Assembly: GCF_009914755.1 (NCBI RefSeq) | Contig: NC_060928.1 | Origin: the human T2T-CHM13v2.0 reference genome, Homo sapiens | Strand: one strand, 5' to 3' | Length of the DNA: 64,000 nucleotides | In this document: positions 13,800 to 28,716 of the stretch, piece by piece | Layout of the letters: every line of letters begins with the position of its first letter | Numbering within the stretch: the first letter of the stretch is position 1 | The notes under the pieces: model-generated | What the model saw: only the letters and a program-made list of their open reading frames with translations | The model's database searches: none | Told to the model about the DNA's origin: nothing | Made by a program: the position numbers and the translations under genes

Positions 13800-14660
13800 C
13801 CTCGGTCCGGGCTGTGCCCTGGCTGGGAGCGCGACGGACCAGAAGCGAGCAGACGCGCGGCTAACCCCGGGACTGGCCCCGCGGCGCTGTCACCCAGGGC
13901 CGCTCTTACTTTCCTGGTCCGAAAGTAGCTCGCCCGCGAGGGAGTGTGCGCAGGGGCGGGGCGGGAGGGGAGATGACCAGAAAGGGTGGCGTGGGGTCTC
14001 CTCCCCACAGTCCGCCGATCCTCCTCCTCCTGCGGGCCTCGCTTCCTTCTTCTCCACTGGACGCTCCACCCGCCCCTTTTCCAGTCCCTGTCCCCAAATG
14101 CAGGGGGTAAAGTACTCAAGAAGAGGGGGCCGGGAAATGGAAAAACAGCCAGGCACGGGACGAGTGGCAAGCAGTTGCGAAACGATCCGCACTGGAGCAG
14201 GAGGAGTAGAAGCAGAGGGGAGGGAGTCCGAGGGGGCGGAGGTGGAGTGCAGCGGGGCCGAGGCCGCGGAGCCCAGAGCGGACAGCCTGAGCCCAGCGGC
14301 CGCTGTCAGCAGGCTCAGGCGCGGGGCGCGCCGGGGCTCCGACGAGCGTGCGCGCCCGAGGCCGGCTTCCCTCCGGCGGGCGGCAGCGGCTCCGGCGAAG
14401 CGAGGCACCTTGGCGGCCTCGCGCTGCTCACGAGCCCGCGCGGCTTCAAGACGGCGCGGCGAGAGAAAGAGCGCTCGGCTCAGGCGAAGCCTCTTCTGCC
14501 GTCCCCAGGCCTCCGTCTCCTCCTCCGGCGCCTCCTCCCGCCGCTCCCTCCGCCTGCCAGCACCCCCTCCCTGGCGAAGCCCCCTCCTCGCTGGTCCCAC
14601 ACCTCCCTCTAGCGACTCCAAGCCTGTCCCTTCGTGGATCTCTCGCACTCCCTCCTTTGG
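13800..14660 (-). other. CAMK2D: Probable long GC-rich 5' UTR of CAMK2D exon 1 (TSS cannot be fixed from sequence)
   Basis: CpG-rich sequence contiguous with the ATG. No minus-strand ATG between 13800 and 14768. The upstream end is an estimate. Confidence 0.6.
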
Positions 14661-15393
14661 TTGCACACACGAGCACACCAGTCTAGGGAGAAACCAGGTG
14701 GGTGGAGGAGGATGTGCGGGGGAGAAGACTGGAGGTTTGGGTGAATGAGGCGAGAAGTCACAGTTACCCATTTAAACCCGCACAGAGAAGGCTGCCTCAA
14801 TCTGGGGCTGACTGAGCGGGAAGATGCAGGGCAACTCGAGGATGGCCCGGGGCAGCCGCCCTGGGTCGCGGAAGCCCACGCCCCTGTTTTGGGCGCCGGG
14901 CAGCAGGGACTTCTCCAGGCCGGTTCCCGGGCCACGACACCCGGTGGGCCGAGCAAGGGAGAGCAACCACTTCATCTCCACGCCGCTCAGAGTTGACACA
15001 GCAGGGGCCGGATGTGGGCTGTTCACTGCTCTCAGAGAAGGGTCCCAACCCTTCCCACAGCCACCAGCGACTGTCGGGGCAAAACCCAGCCTCAGCAGGG
15101 TTCACTGCGTCGCCAGCTCCCCAGAACCGGGCGCAGGTTTTCTCCCTCCCCCGCAGCCCCTTCTGCAAGGGGCAATGACGGCCCCTGAGCCACATTACAC
15201 TTGCCACCTCCAGGCCCACCTCCCCCGCTGTTTTCCAGGATGGTGGCTGAGACTCTGGCAATCCCCAAAGGCCTTTGCTTTGGCTGTGAACGTTAAAAGA
15301 ATGAAAGCAAAAACTCCGCCGCACAACCACACCTTCCCTTCCCTTCTGAGTAACTCCCCTGCAACCTCAGTAAGTTCTGATAGTAAGGCGAAT

Positions 15394-15494
15394 TCTCGCG
15401 ATATTTCCCACTCTGGCGGTCAGGGGGAGGTAGTAGGAAGGCTGGGTGTCGGTCACGCGACCCGGCGGGGGCTGACGTCATTCACATCACGTGA
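15394..15494. promoter_or_regulatory. TF motif cluster: BANP-type CGCG element, GC box, full CRE, CACGTG E-box
   Basis: TCTCGCGATA at 15394-15403 (reverse TATCGCGAGA), GGTCACGCGACC at 15451-15462, TGACGTCA at 15473-15480, TCACGTGA at 15487-15494. Confidence 0.75.
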
Positions 15495-16756
15495 ACACGT
15501 CTAGACTGTTTCGCTTTGCAAAGGGAAAAAAGAAAAGGGGCCGTCGTGTGTGCTTTTGCTTTCAGCCAGATAGTGGCAATTGAGTGCACTCCGTAAATGG
15601 CTATCTGGAAAAACCATTTAGCAGTTCAAGAATGTGTCCTTCCCTTTAGCATATCTGCCATTGTTTTCAGTAGGAGGAAAAAAAAAGTATGCATTACGAT
15701 TTAAAATAGATAAACTGCTGCCGATTGCTAGAACAACTTCTGGGCCCTCTTTCCAGTTCTCCTTAATGAAACTATGCAATTGCAAATTTAGCCGCAGACC
15801 AAAAACAGCGTTATGGACGGTCTTTTTCAAATTACTGCCAATTGTTCTACAGCACGGGACTATAAAAACCTTGCAATCCTATTGCTAATTTGCTCGTGGT
15901 ATTACTTCATAGACAAAATTTCACAGCTGAAAGATAAAAGATAATTTGCAGACACAAGAGAATCTAAGATTTAAAGGCGCTGCTGCTTGCTCCCAAAGAC
16001 TGCTATTAATTAATGTTACTTTGTGGTCATAGATAATCCTAATTCCTTTTTTCCTGATCTGGGGAACGCTTCTGCCAATGAGTGAGCTTTTTACTGAAGT
16101 ACTAAAAATGTTCACAAATTTTAACGTTTATTACAACAAAATTGAAGTTCGTATGTGTTTTGATTCCCAGCCGTAAAAGGCAAGAAATAACTGTGTAAAA
16201 TGTAGTGCTATAGAAAAAGATGATACCAAGAACTGCATAAAAGAAACATGGTCTCTAAATATTAATAATTGGGCTATAAATTGAAAAAAAAAACACAATT
16301 TGGTCTTGGCTAAAGATTTGTAATATCTGAACTATTTAGCAATGTGGCTCCAAGGTGATAATGAAATAATTTAATATTTTTCCCTGAATCTAAGAATGAA
16401 ACAGAAAAAGTAAAATTAAAACAATAAAGGTAATATAAAAATTTACATCTGGGAAGAAAATTGTTTCTTAAATATTCAAGTAATGAAGTCTACATAATTA
16501 CAGTATTTATCTCAGTTATTTAAACTACCAATAATTGTAAATGGTTATAATTGTGGAGTACAATAAAGGAAACATAACTGAGTTTTAATACTGATGTATT
16601 ATTAGACAATAAATGTGTACATTTTTTACAGCAAACACTGCTTAATCTGTACGTACCCTTTCTTTGATTTATATTTTAGACTAAATATTTCTCTTATTTG
16701 AACAAATATTTACAGTTATTTCTGAAGTTTGAACCTCCTTAAAAAGTAGTCAGATT

Positions 16757-17054
16757 AGCCGGGCGCAGTGGCTCACGCCTGTAATCTCAGCACTTTGGGA
16801 GGCCGAGGCGGGTGGATCATCTGAGGTCAGGGGTTCGAAACCATCCTGGCCAACATGGCAAAACCCCGTCTCTAATAAAAATACAAGATTAGTCGGGCAT
16901 GGTGGCATATGCTTGTAATCCCAGCCACTTTGGAGGGTGAGGCAGGAGAATCGCTTGAACCTGGGAGAAGGAGGGAGGTTGCAGTGACCCGAATTCGCGC
17001 CACTGCACTCCAGCCTGGGCAACAAGAGCAAAACTCTGTCTGAAAAAAAAAAAA
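16757..17054 (+). mobile_element. AluS (Sq/Sp-like)
   Basis: Full Alu with ggcaacaagagc diagnostic and an A-tail. TSD core tagtcagat on both sides. Confidence 0.95.
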
Positions 17055-17311
17055 TAGTCAGATCAAAGACTTTGTTGTTGTTGTTCTACTTCAACATCAT
17101 TTCAGGAATAGCTACAAAATAGAGATAAATTCTAAAAAGTGTAGAAATGTAGACCTATAAACATAATAACACTGGATGTTAGTGCCAAATGTATTTACAT
17201 TTCATTATACATGCCTTACTAACTGCATGTCTGATGAACATGGTAGAGAAAGTTAAGAGGGAGAGTTAGTGAATAAAAAGTTAGTCATTAAAGTTGTTGA
17301 AGATAATAAGG

Positions 17312-17470
17312 CAGGCTTTATTCAAGGGGGTCCATGGTGATCAGAACCACTGCAACCAGGTCTTGCAGGAGGAGAGAGAGATTGGACTCTATTTCAACTC
17401 TTAAAAGGCCAAGTGGGGATTTACAAGCAAGGAGCAGGGTAGAGGGCTGTGGATATAAAATGACTAAGTA
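17312..17470 (-). mobile_element. MER31-related LTR fragment
   Basis: Similar to 18945-19120 (tttattca..accactgcaa..ttgcag..agagattgg..aagtgggg(a)attta..aaggag). Confidence 0.45.
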
Positions 17471-18802
17471 TTCTCCCTCTTTCCTCTTTGGCAACTTGGA
17501 ATTTAAAAAAATCCAAGACTTCAGTAGTTTCACCCAGAAAGTACAAGTTTCTAATGCTTACATTAACAAAGGCAGATATTAACAGATACTAACATTCATT
17601 GATTTCCTCTGCTACAAAGTTATAAGATAAGAAACAGCGAAGAGATAATGTTATCTCTATAGCTCCCCAAAGTGCAGAGTCCATCAGTAAATAGCAGATT
17701 CCTGTGAAAATTTTAGCAGGTGCTGTGTTGAAGCCACTCTTCACTGCAGATTTGGAGGCTAGGGGAAAAAAGTAACAGCAAGTTGCTGCCTTTCCAAACT
17801 ATGATAACTAAACCATATAGAGCCAGACAGTCTACTGATGAGCAGATAATCTGTTTACCAGACCATCCATTAGTGCAAGATGAATTTGCAGTTAAAAAAC
17901 AAACTATTCATAAAAGCAAAGCTAACAACAGAAGATATTTTCTTTGTTTCATCATGTGCTGAAAGAATCTTTTTCCTAAAAATAAAAATAAATGTGCAAA
18001 TAAATAAGAAAACAAGTGATATCCATACAATGAAGAAATGTCTCTTTTGCATTACTTGCAAGTACATTGGTCAGCATGCTTGACCCTCCATGAACATACA
18101 TGTTTCCCTGACACTCTGCTAAAAGAATTGCAGTAGGAAGGTACATTAAATAAGATGTATAATACACAATAATTGTATAAAAGGTTATAGAGTCATTAAT
18201 AAAGAAAATAACAGATTTTGACTCTTCTGTGTACCTCTAATGATTTTCATTGACTTTCAACTTTGCAAACACTTATTACACTGGACTGTAATTAGACTGT
18301 CAGACCCTTCCTGGCAGGGACTGTCATTCAGTCCCCCCACTGTATCACTAGCACAGGGTTTTTGCCACAACAGGTGCTCAAAAATACCTTTTTTTTAAAA
18401 AAAAAAAAAAAACAATATTATGGTATTAACAGTCTTGACTTTCCAAATATTAAAAATGCCCAATCTTTAATAGGGTATAATGAGGCCCCTTTGTTGCAAT
18501 ATTTAGTTGATTCTTTGTAATCCTGAAGTAACTTGACTTCTCTGTATAATTTCATACTCTTGACCTGAAATTCTCTCTGTTGGTTTTCATGTCTGATACC
18601 ACACTTTCTATTCACAATACCTCACCCATTCCACAACATTTCTGCCTCTTTTCTTCAGTATCATTCCTGGTCTCTTTTTTCTCTGCCTCTGTGGTAAGTG
18701 ATAGTGCTTTCAACCTAGGATTCCATCTTAGGTTGCCTTTTTTTCTCATTTTACACAGCTTTCCTAGGCTGCCTTCATAGCTATCACTGTGTTAATTATC
18801 AT

Positions 18803-19755
18803 ATGTCTTAAATTTGACTCTCCAGATGTAGACCCTAAGACAAGAATGTATGGAAAAGGGATTTATTGAGGTAGTATTTCCAGGGACAAGGATAATGTTA
18901 AAGAAAAAAATCTCATTCAATGATACTTGCTGAAGTATAGTAAGACAGATTTTATTCAGACTATCACAGTAGGTATAGTTACCACTGCAAGGGGGTTTTG
19001 CAGTAGGGGAAAGAGATTGGGCTGAACTTCAAATGCAAAAAAAAAAAAAAAGGAAAAGTGGGAATTTATATCTAAGGAGTGGGAGTGGAGGAAGGTAGAT
19101 GAATGGAAAATTACTAAAAGGAAACTTCTGAGGTAAGGGGATAGTCTGGCTAAACCTACCTAACAAGATTCTTACTGAAGGCAGGCTGGAAGATTCTGGA
19201 TAAACAAACTTAGCAGGATTCTTAATAAAATTGGGCTGATGCAAACATTTGACATGGAAATTCAAACGTCGAGGGTAGGAAAGAGGATTGAGAGAAGCCT
19301 AACTAAAATTTGGTGAAGGAGAGACTCTTTGTCAGTAGAGAATTGGAGAACATGGGACAAAAACAATGCAAAAACAAAAAGCAGCATGTGCCTTCAAGTA
19401 AAGTCCCAGCATCAGCCTTATTTTCAGGGAGCTCTGGAGTATATGTTATACCCAGTTTTGTTACCCTCAAAGCAAGGGCTTTCCTATTTCTTCACCAGTC
19501 ATTCATTGATCACTAGCAATGGAAGAGGGAAACAAACGGACATAAACTCCCTTGGGGTCAGGGTCTGGCCGTCCTTCCTGGCGGGTTGAACAGCTCCAGT
19601 GGCTCCAGAGTATGCCACTGAGGAAAAAGTCACAGGTAGAGGCTATTACAAGAAAAGACTGCAGAAGTGGGGTATGCACACAGAACTAGGGCATGGGCAC
19701 AGAACTGGGATTCCAGAGAACGGAGAGTGGAAGCACCAACAGAATCAGCTGGATA
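18803..19755 (-). mobile_element. Old ERVL-type LTR (LTR33-like) interrupted by MER31
   Basis: tgtcttaaatttgactctccagatgtagaccctaagacaaga...tttattgaggt resembles this LTR class, and similar sequence resumes after 19334. Confidence 0.4.
18896..19334 (-). mobile_element. MER31-type solo LTR (ERV1)
   Basis: Reverse strand begins tgacaaagagtctctccttcaccaaattttagttaggc and ends taaca, giving TG...CA termini. Confidence 0.75.
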
Positions 19756-20656
19756 CTAAAGTGCTAATGACCCTGCAATCTCTGTCTGTAGCAAAGGTCT
19801 TTTTCTGAGCTTCAGACTCATATTGCCCGCTCCCTACAGGAAACTTCCTCCTGGACATTGCACCTCTGACTCAACATGTCTAAAATTAATATGTCTTCCT
19901 TCTACATCTGCACCTCCTCCATATCTCAGTGAAATTTCAGGGTCATCCCACAATCAATCACAAGTCCATATACATCATAACATTCCTACTGCAAATGCCT
20001 TAGTTTAGGCCACCATCGTTTCTCACTTGGATTCAGAGGAATTCATACTAAACAAATCTATCATGTCTCTTCTCAGTATAGATATCATTATTAGCTCCCC
20101 ATATATCTTTAGGAAAAAAGTTCAAAAAGTCTTTAGTACACCCTACCAGGCATTTCAAACTACTCACTGCTTAGTTTCATACTCATTCCTTGTACCCACA
20201 CATACCCTAACTCCTAAACATTTCTAGAATTATCTTGCATTTCTCATTACCAGCATTCTAGATCAAACTATTGTCTTCTCTAACCAGTTTGCGGAAACAA
20301 CCTCTTAACTGCATTAATAATTGTGCTTTCTTCCCTCTCCTACACACAGCTGAGAGAAACATCTTTTGAAAATAAATTTGATCCCATCATTCCTTTGCTA
20401 AAATGTTTCAGGTATGCCTCCAGTGATCTTGAAATAAAGACCAAAATCTATCAAGGTTTAAAAAGCCTTACATGATCCTCCAATATTGTTATACTTACTA
20501 TGATTAGTATTTTAACCTGTCTGAAAATTTTTGAATGGTTTGAGGCAGGCAGGTATCTACTTTCATTTTCTTTTCCCCTCAAATGGATAGCTAGTTTTGC
20601 CAATGCATTAACTGAATAGTCCATCTGTCCATCTTTATCCTTTCCCACTTGTTTGA

Positions 20657-20957
<301 letters not shown>

Positions 20958-21359
20958 TGAAAGACCTTTAAAAAAAATCATATATTCATTTACATTGGAT
21001 TATTTCATTACTCTTCATTACGTTCAGTTTATCACTTTGTCAATTCCTTTAACAGTACTCTTCTCTTGATTCATGTAGCTTTAGAGGAGGGTAGCATTTA
21101 TCTCAACAATCTTGGTGTTTAAAAGTTAACTTTTCCTAAAAGCCAATGGCTTAGCCTTTAAATTACCTTGGTCAAAAGTCGAAAATTATTTTTTCATCAT
21201 GTAGGGGCCAATACCAAGGATTCACTACATGCTATGTAGCGGGTAGCTAATACAAACTATAATCAAAATAGACTTTAGAATATATTTTTAATCTATTATC
21301 ACCAAACCTACAGAATTATAGTACTCTGTCTCATTTACGTAATGAGATGTCCAGCCAAT

Positions 21360-21651
<292 letters not shown>

Positions 21652-21829
21652 AGTGCTAATTTATTATTATTCAGGTGCTACTTATTCATTTCCTACATAG
21701 TCAAGGGCCCTGTTATTTCTTATTCTCCTGCTTTTTTGTTTCCTAGAGTTGGCTTAGACTTGTTGATTCATTCCTTCAAAAAGCAGAAAGAAGTTTTAAA
21801 AATCTGTTTGCCTAATGACTTAACACATG

Positions 21830-22240
21830 TGGCTAAACCTAACCACCAAGGTCTGTTCCATCTTACTACACAAACAAGGTTTGGGCTGAATACATAGCTA
21901 GAATACCAGATTTTCCTGTTTTGAGATTAATTTTTTGGCAAAGAAATGGAGCAAAAGTGATATATGCCGCTTCCAGACCTGGTTCATGTTCTGGAATGTT
22001 CTCTAATGTTCTTCAGTCTCTGAACGACTGGGATGGCAATTCCTAGGGCAATCTTATAAGTATCATATTGAAGATTGCAGAACCACTGTCAGCCTGGGGC
22101 CCTGAAAGACTTCATACAACAGAGCTGCTGCTAATATGGAACCCTTGCCCTGACCAAAGAAATAAACTTCCTGTTCTTTAAGGAACCGAATTTTGAGGAT
22201 TCTATTTGTTTCTGTAATTTATCCTCCCCTATCTAAAACA
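21830..22240 (+). mobile_element. MLT1 (MaLR LTR, I/J-like)
   Basis: cagcctggggccctgaaagacttcat...agaaataaacttc...ttttgaggattctatttgtt...ctaaaaca is an MLT1 3' pattern. Confidence 0.55.
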
Positions 22241-22908
22241 AAGTATGGAAACAAATTTTTAAAATCAAAAGCGCTATACAAATATTTATTGTAATTTAAA
22301 CCTTAAGAATAAAATTACGATTAAATGAAAATATGTGATTTGCATTAAGGCCATATTTTATTTTTGTCTATTGTGCCTGTGTCCATGAGTGTGGTAATTG
22401 AGAGTTAGCTGTGTTGTAGAATGGCCCAACTCCAACCAGAACAAGTATCTTTATAGTTAAATAATTAAAAAAAAAAACACTACATTCTTGTTCCTATTTT
22501 CCCCGCCTTCTTCCCCCACTTCCCCCACACATGATTTCCATTCAATGAGGAAAACAGATTTTTAAAGGTTCTGAAAGTTATGACAATACCACTGAAAAAG
22601 GTGATGCATCTTTATCCTTAAAGCTCTCCCATTTTTAATGTTTTTCTGTTTCATTTATCAGTGGTTAAAAAAAAAAAAGAGCCTCAATTAGTAACTCGTA
22701 TGTGAACAACACCTCTTTTTCACAACTGCTTGGTTTGTTTAACAAGGAAAAAGTGCTATCAACTTAAGAGTGAAAAGGTGTTTTTGAAGGTAGAGGTAAT
22801 TATGGTGGGTTGTCAAACAACATAGTAATAGAAAACAAAATGAAGGACCCCTACAGCTTAAATATGAAGACTGTTGTAATTAATTTTGCAACATTTATTC
22901 TATAAGTT

Positions 22909-22910
<2 letters not shown>

Positions 22911-22940
<30 letters not shown>
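22911..22940. repeat. (TG)15 microsatellite
   Basis: Perfect dinucleotide run. Confidence 0.97.
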
Positions 22941-22943
<3 letters not shown>

Positions 22944-24310
22944 GACCAGGTGCTCTGAGAATATAATGTGGAAAAAATAGTGTCTCCACTTTTATAGGGT
23001 TTATTTTTCAGTGGGACAAATAGGCATTAAACCAATTACTCATTAAAAAATTAAGTAATATAAAGGAAGAATACGGAGAATGTGTATTATTTGTCTTGGT
23101 GGAGTAGGCACAGGTTTTTCTGAGAATGTATGAGCAAAATGAGATCCAAAGGATCCTATTATTTTGTTTATAATAGTTAAATAGTTAATATTAATAACTA
23201 AATTAAAGAGAAAGTACAGGGAAAAGCATTCTAGTAGATGAAACAGGACAAATTCAAGGAACCAAGTGGGTCTGATGTGGTAAGAGTGTAGTAAGGGAAA
23301 TGATTCTATAGAATTGGGCAGAAGAGTGTCTCATGGGGCACTTAAAATTAGGCGAAGAACTGTGCAAACACTGAAAGGATTTAAGAATGGGTGTGACATG
23401 TCTATATGATAGAGTTCATTATCACTATCTGGTGGAAAATGAATTTTCCCTATCAGCAGTGACTTTAAAAGGCAAGGTAAGGAAAAGTGATAGCTAGACT
23501 TTAGGTGGTGGTAGTAAAAATATAAATCAATGAATATTTAAAATATATTTGGAAAATAAATAGTAAAAAATTTTTTAAAATTGACAATTGATAACTTCTG
23601 TGTTAATATAAATTAGATAAAACTGTAGAGCACTTATGTTGGTATGACTGGGGTCTTTTTGTTTTTAAATTCTGCTCAGGAAATATAAAACCACAAATCA
23701 ATGAATTACTGTTTGCTTCAGGCAATTCCATCAGACCAAGTTATTAGAGAGAGGACCCTGTCACCTGGTCAAGTAGCTTGCTTAACAGTTTAGTTATAAA
23801 GACTTACTTTACTGTTTCCACCAATTTTAAACTAGTAGATCATGAACTTTGCCCAATTCTCAATCAATGCCCCTTTGAGAAAGACTTTATTAAGCCACTT
23901 GAGGCCAGACTTTAAATGCTATAAATATCTCACCTCTAGTTTCCTTCTAAAGCACTAGGATTCTAACAAGACGGTATCCTATTTGCAGCACTTTATTAAC
24001 AGATTGTTTAAAGATATTTTGGGGAGTTAATGTAAACATAGGAAGTTCAGAAACACTGGGATAGTCATACCATAAAATATATAAAGCTATTATTGCATTG
24101 AATTATGCTGTAGGGAAGTATTGTGATAGAAAAGTGTCACAATATATTAATAAAATTAAAGTTATTGAAAAGTTTACATATTTTAACCTCAGTTTTGTGT
24201 TTGGTTGTTTACATGGATAGATGATGGATAGATATTCAGTTCTCTAAGTAAAACTATTTTTAATTATGATTACCTCCTATGGAGGTGGAAATAAGAATAA
24301 TTTTTTTAGA

Positions 24311-26258
<1,948 letters not shown>

Positions 26259-26469
26259 TAAAATTTTCCTTCATTGAATATATTTTACTTGTACAGTAAA
26301 AAGCAAGGAGTACTACAAAGAAATACAACTTCTGAATTTACGTATATTTGTGTATTAGAATGTAGATTCCAGAATCAGAAGTGCGGAATTTGTAAGCTCT
26401 GTGATTGAGATTTGGTGATGGGGAAATAGGATAGGGACCAGGAATAACTTCTTTGCATGGCCTAGTTTC

Positions 26470-26790
26470 ACAGTAATCTGGTAAGATATATAATATTTTT
26501 CATTTTATGAATGAGAAAACGTGGGTACAAAATGTTTAAATAACTTTCTCACTGAAAATATGGGTCAATTCAAATTTAATACTCAAGAATATCTAAGATA
26601 ATAGTAACGGGTAACATTTGTTGGGTGTTTGCTATATGACTCAGAACCTTCTGAGATAGTTGTCTATTATCCTCATTTTATAGATGAGGAAACGGGCACA
26701 GTCATGTGTGTTCAAAGGAAGTGACTGAGTAAGGAAGCAAATTCAGGTAGGCTGAGCCCCAAAGCTTGTATTTTTAATCACTGCATATTA
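26470..26790 (-). mobile_element. MIR fragments
   Basis: cattttatgaatgagaaaac and cctcattttatagatgaggaaac cores. Confidence 0.6.
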
Positions 26791-27269
26791 CCTTCCATAT
26801 TTTTATTCATTTCCTATGCCACAGCTAGATACTCATAGATATCTATACTTTTCAGATGGGCAATGCTGAAAATATTTAGCTATTTAAGTTTGGCTGATTT
26901 TTAAGGGGAAGAGCAGTGTGAAGTGAGCAAATGGACTGTAGAAGTAATTTGTTTTCTGAGGAAAATCAGTTGAATTTCCTTCTTTGCTAATTAGCAACCC
27001 TAGTCCCTAAGTGTCAAATAATATCAGCCAGTCAGCACTGCTTTTCCAGAGAGATTGGTGACTTGTTTTCTAAACACACTACTTCTGTAGTTACTATAAT
27101 ATGTCCTGCTATAGAAGTTTGGCTAAGCCCGTCTTTCCTCTCTTCCTTTTAGGGATCACCTTTAGTTTTTACCTCTCCCTGGTTCTGGTACCTCCATACC
27201 CCAATTTAGTATTCTATTTTATATTAAGATAATTCAAGTAATGGTCTGCAAATCTAGACTAAGTTGTAA

Positions 27270-27647
<378 letters not shown>

Positions 27648-27854
27648 TGAAGGAAGGATTAACGTTCATGTGGATTCTGTCAATAGCTATCACGGCCCTC
27701 TGTTTAAGTCTGTGCGGTCTGGCTTCCATCCGTCTACTCTGAGGATCCTGCTTATGACCAAGGACTCCCAATGATCAAATCCAGCCAACTGAGTTAAGCC
27801 TCAACCTCATGTGAATCTATAGAAATCTGCATAGCCAGTTACCACTTCTGAACT

Positions 27855-28716
27855 GTTTTGACTCAATTCAATTCCAACATGAAGTCACCAAATGTTAGCA
27901 CAGACTCTGCAGGTTAAGGGCTCAGCTCCACAAAACTGTCCCCACTTCGGACTTCTGTCCCAAGTCCCAGGTTGCCACATGTATGTATAACCAGCTGGCT
28001 ATAAATTATGGGGAGGGGTTCCCATATTCCCCTCCACAGGTTTGATAATTTGTTAGAAACACTCACAAAACCCAGGAAAACAGTTGGCCATTTTATTATA
28101 AGAGATAGGAGTTTACAATCCTTGGAGTAATAATGTGTGACTGATGTTTCCTTGTTTGTCATTTCTAGCAATTTCCAAATCCTATAATTCTGTACTAAAA
28201 GTATCTCTTTCAACTCCAATTAGGATTTATTCCTTCCCACTTATATGTGGTTACGGAGGGTGTCCTTATTAAAGAATGCAAATGAACAGCCAGGTGAAGA
28301 GGCCCAGAATGGTTCCCAATGCAGGAGCTTCTGTTCCATGGAATTGGGGGTGTGCTACCTCCCAGCACATGGACCAAATTTAAGTGTGCATCAACCTGGC
28401 TGTTCCCCAAAACCCATCATTTAGAGTTGTTTATGGAGGTTTTCAGTTATGGAGGAATGATTTATTAAATCAGGCCATATTGATTAATTCAGTCTTTAGC
28501 TCCCTCTCCTCTCCCTGGAGTGAGGGGAGGGGCTGAAGTTTCTAACCCTCTATTCATGCTTTAGCTTTTCCAGTGACCAGAACCCATCCTATCTGGGGGA
28601 CCACAGCCACCAGTCATCTCATTAGCTTACAAAAGAGACAACTCCTGAGATTTCAAGGGTTTTAGAAGCTGAGTGCCAGAAACTGGTGACAAAGACCAAA
28701 TACATACGTATTACAC
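27855..28716 (-). mobile_element. MER21-type LTR with a non-MER21 insert at about 28108-28265
   Basis: ggttaagggctcagctccacaaaactgtccccacttc; ggtttgataatttgttagaa; agtcatctcattagc; gggttttagaagct...gacaaagaccaaata...attaca. Confidence 0.75.

Larger units (their letters stand above)
13640..15550. promoter_or_regulatory. CpG island / CAMK2D promoter
   Basis: Abrupt shift to high GC with dense CpG against AT-rich flanks. GC boxes present, e.g. GGGGCGGGGCGGG at 13953-13965. Confidence 0.93.

Noticed and set aside
13768-15504. Long overlapping ORFs in the CpG island (326, 208, 226 and 177 aa)
   Set aside because: Several frames on both strands are open at once, with low-complexity Arg/Ala/Pro/Gly products and no domain. 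This is expected from stop-codon scarcity in GC-rich DNA.
23637-24040. Possible old ERV LTR (TG...CA ends, TATA-like ctataaata)
   Set aside because: I could not assign a family or a TSD with confidence by eye. A Dfam search is needed.
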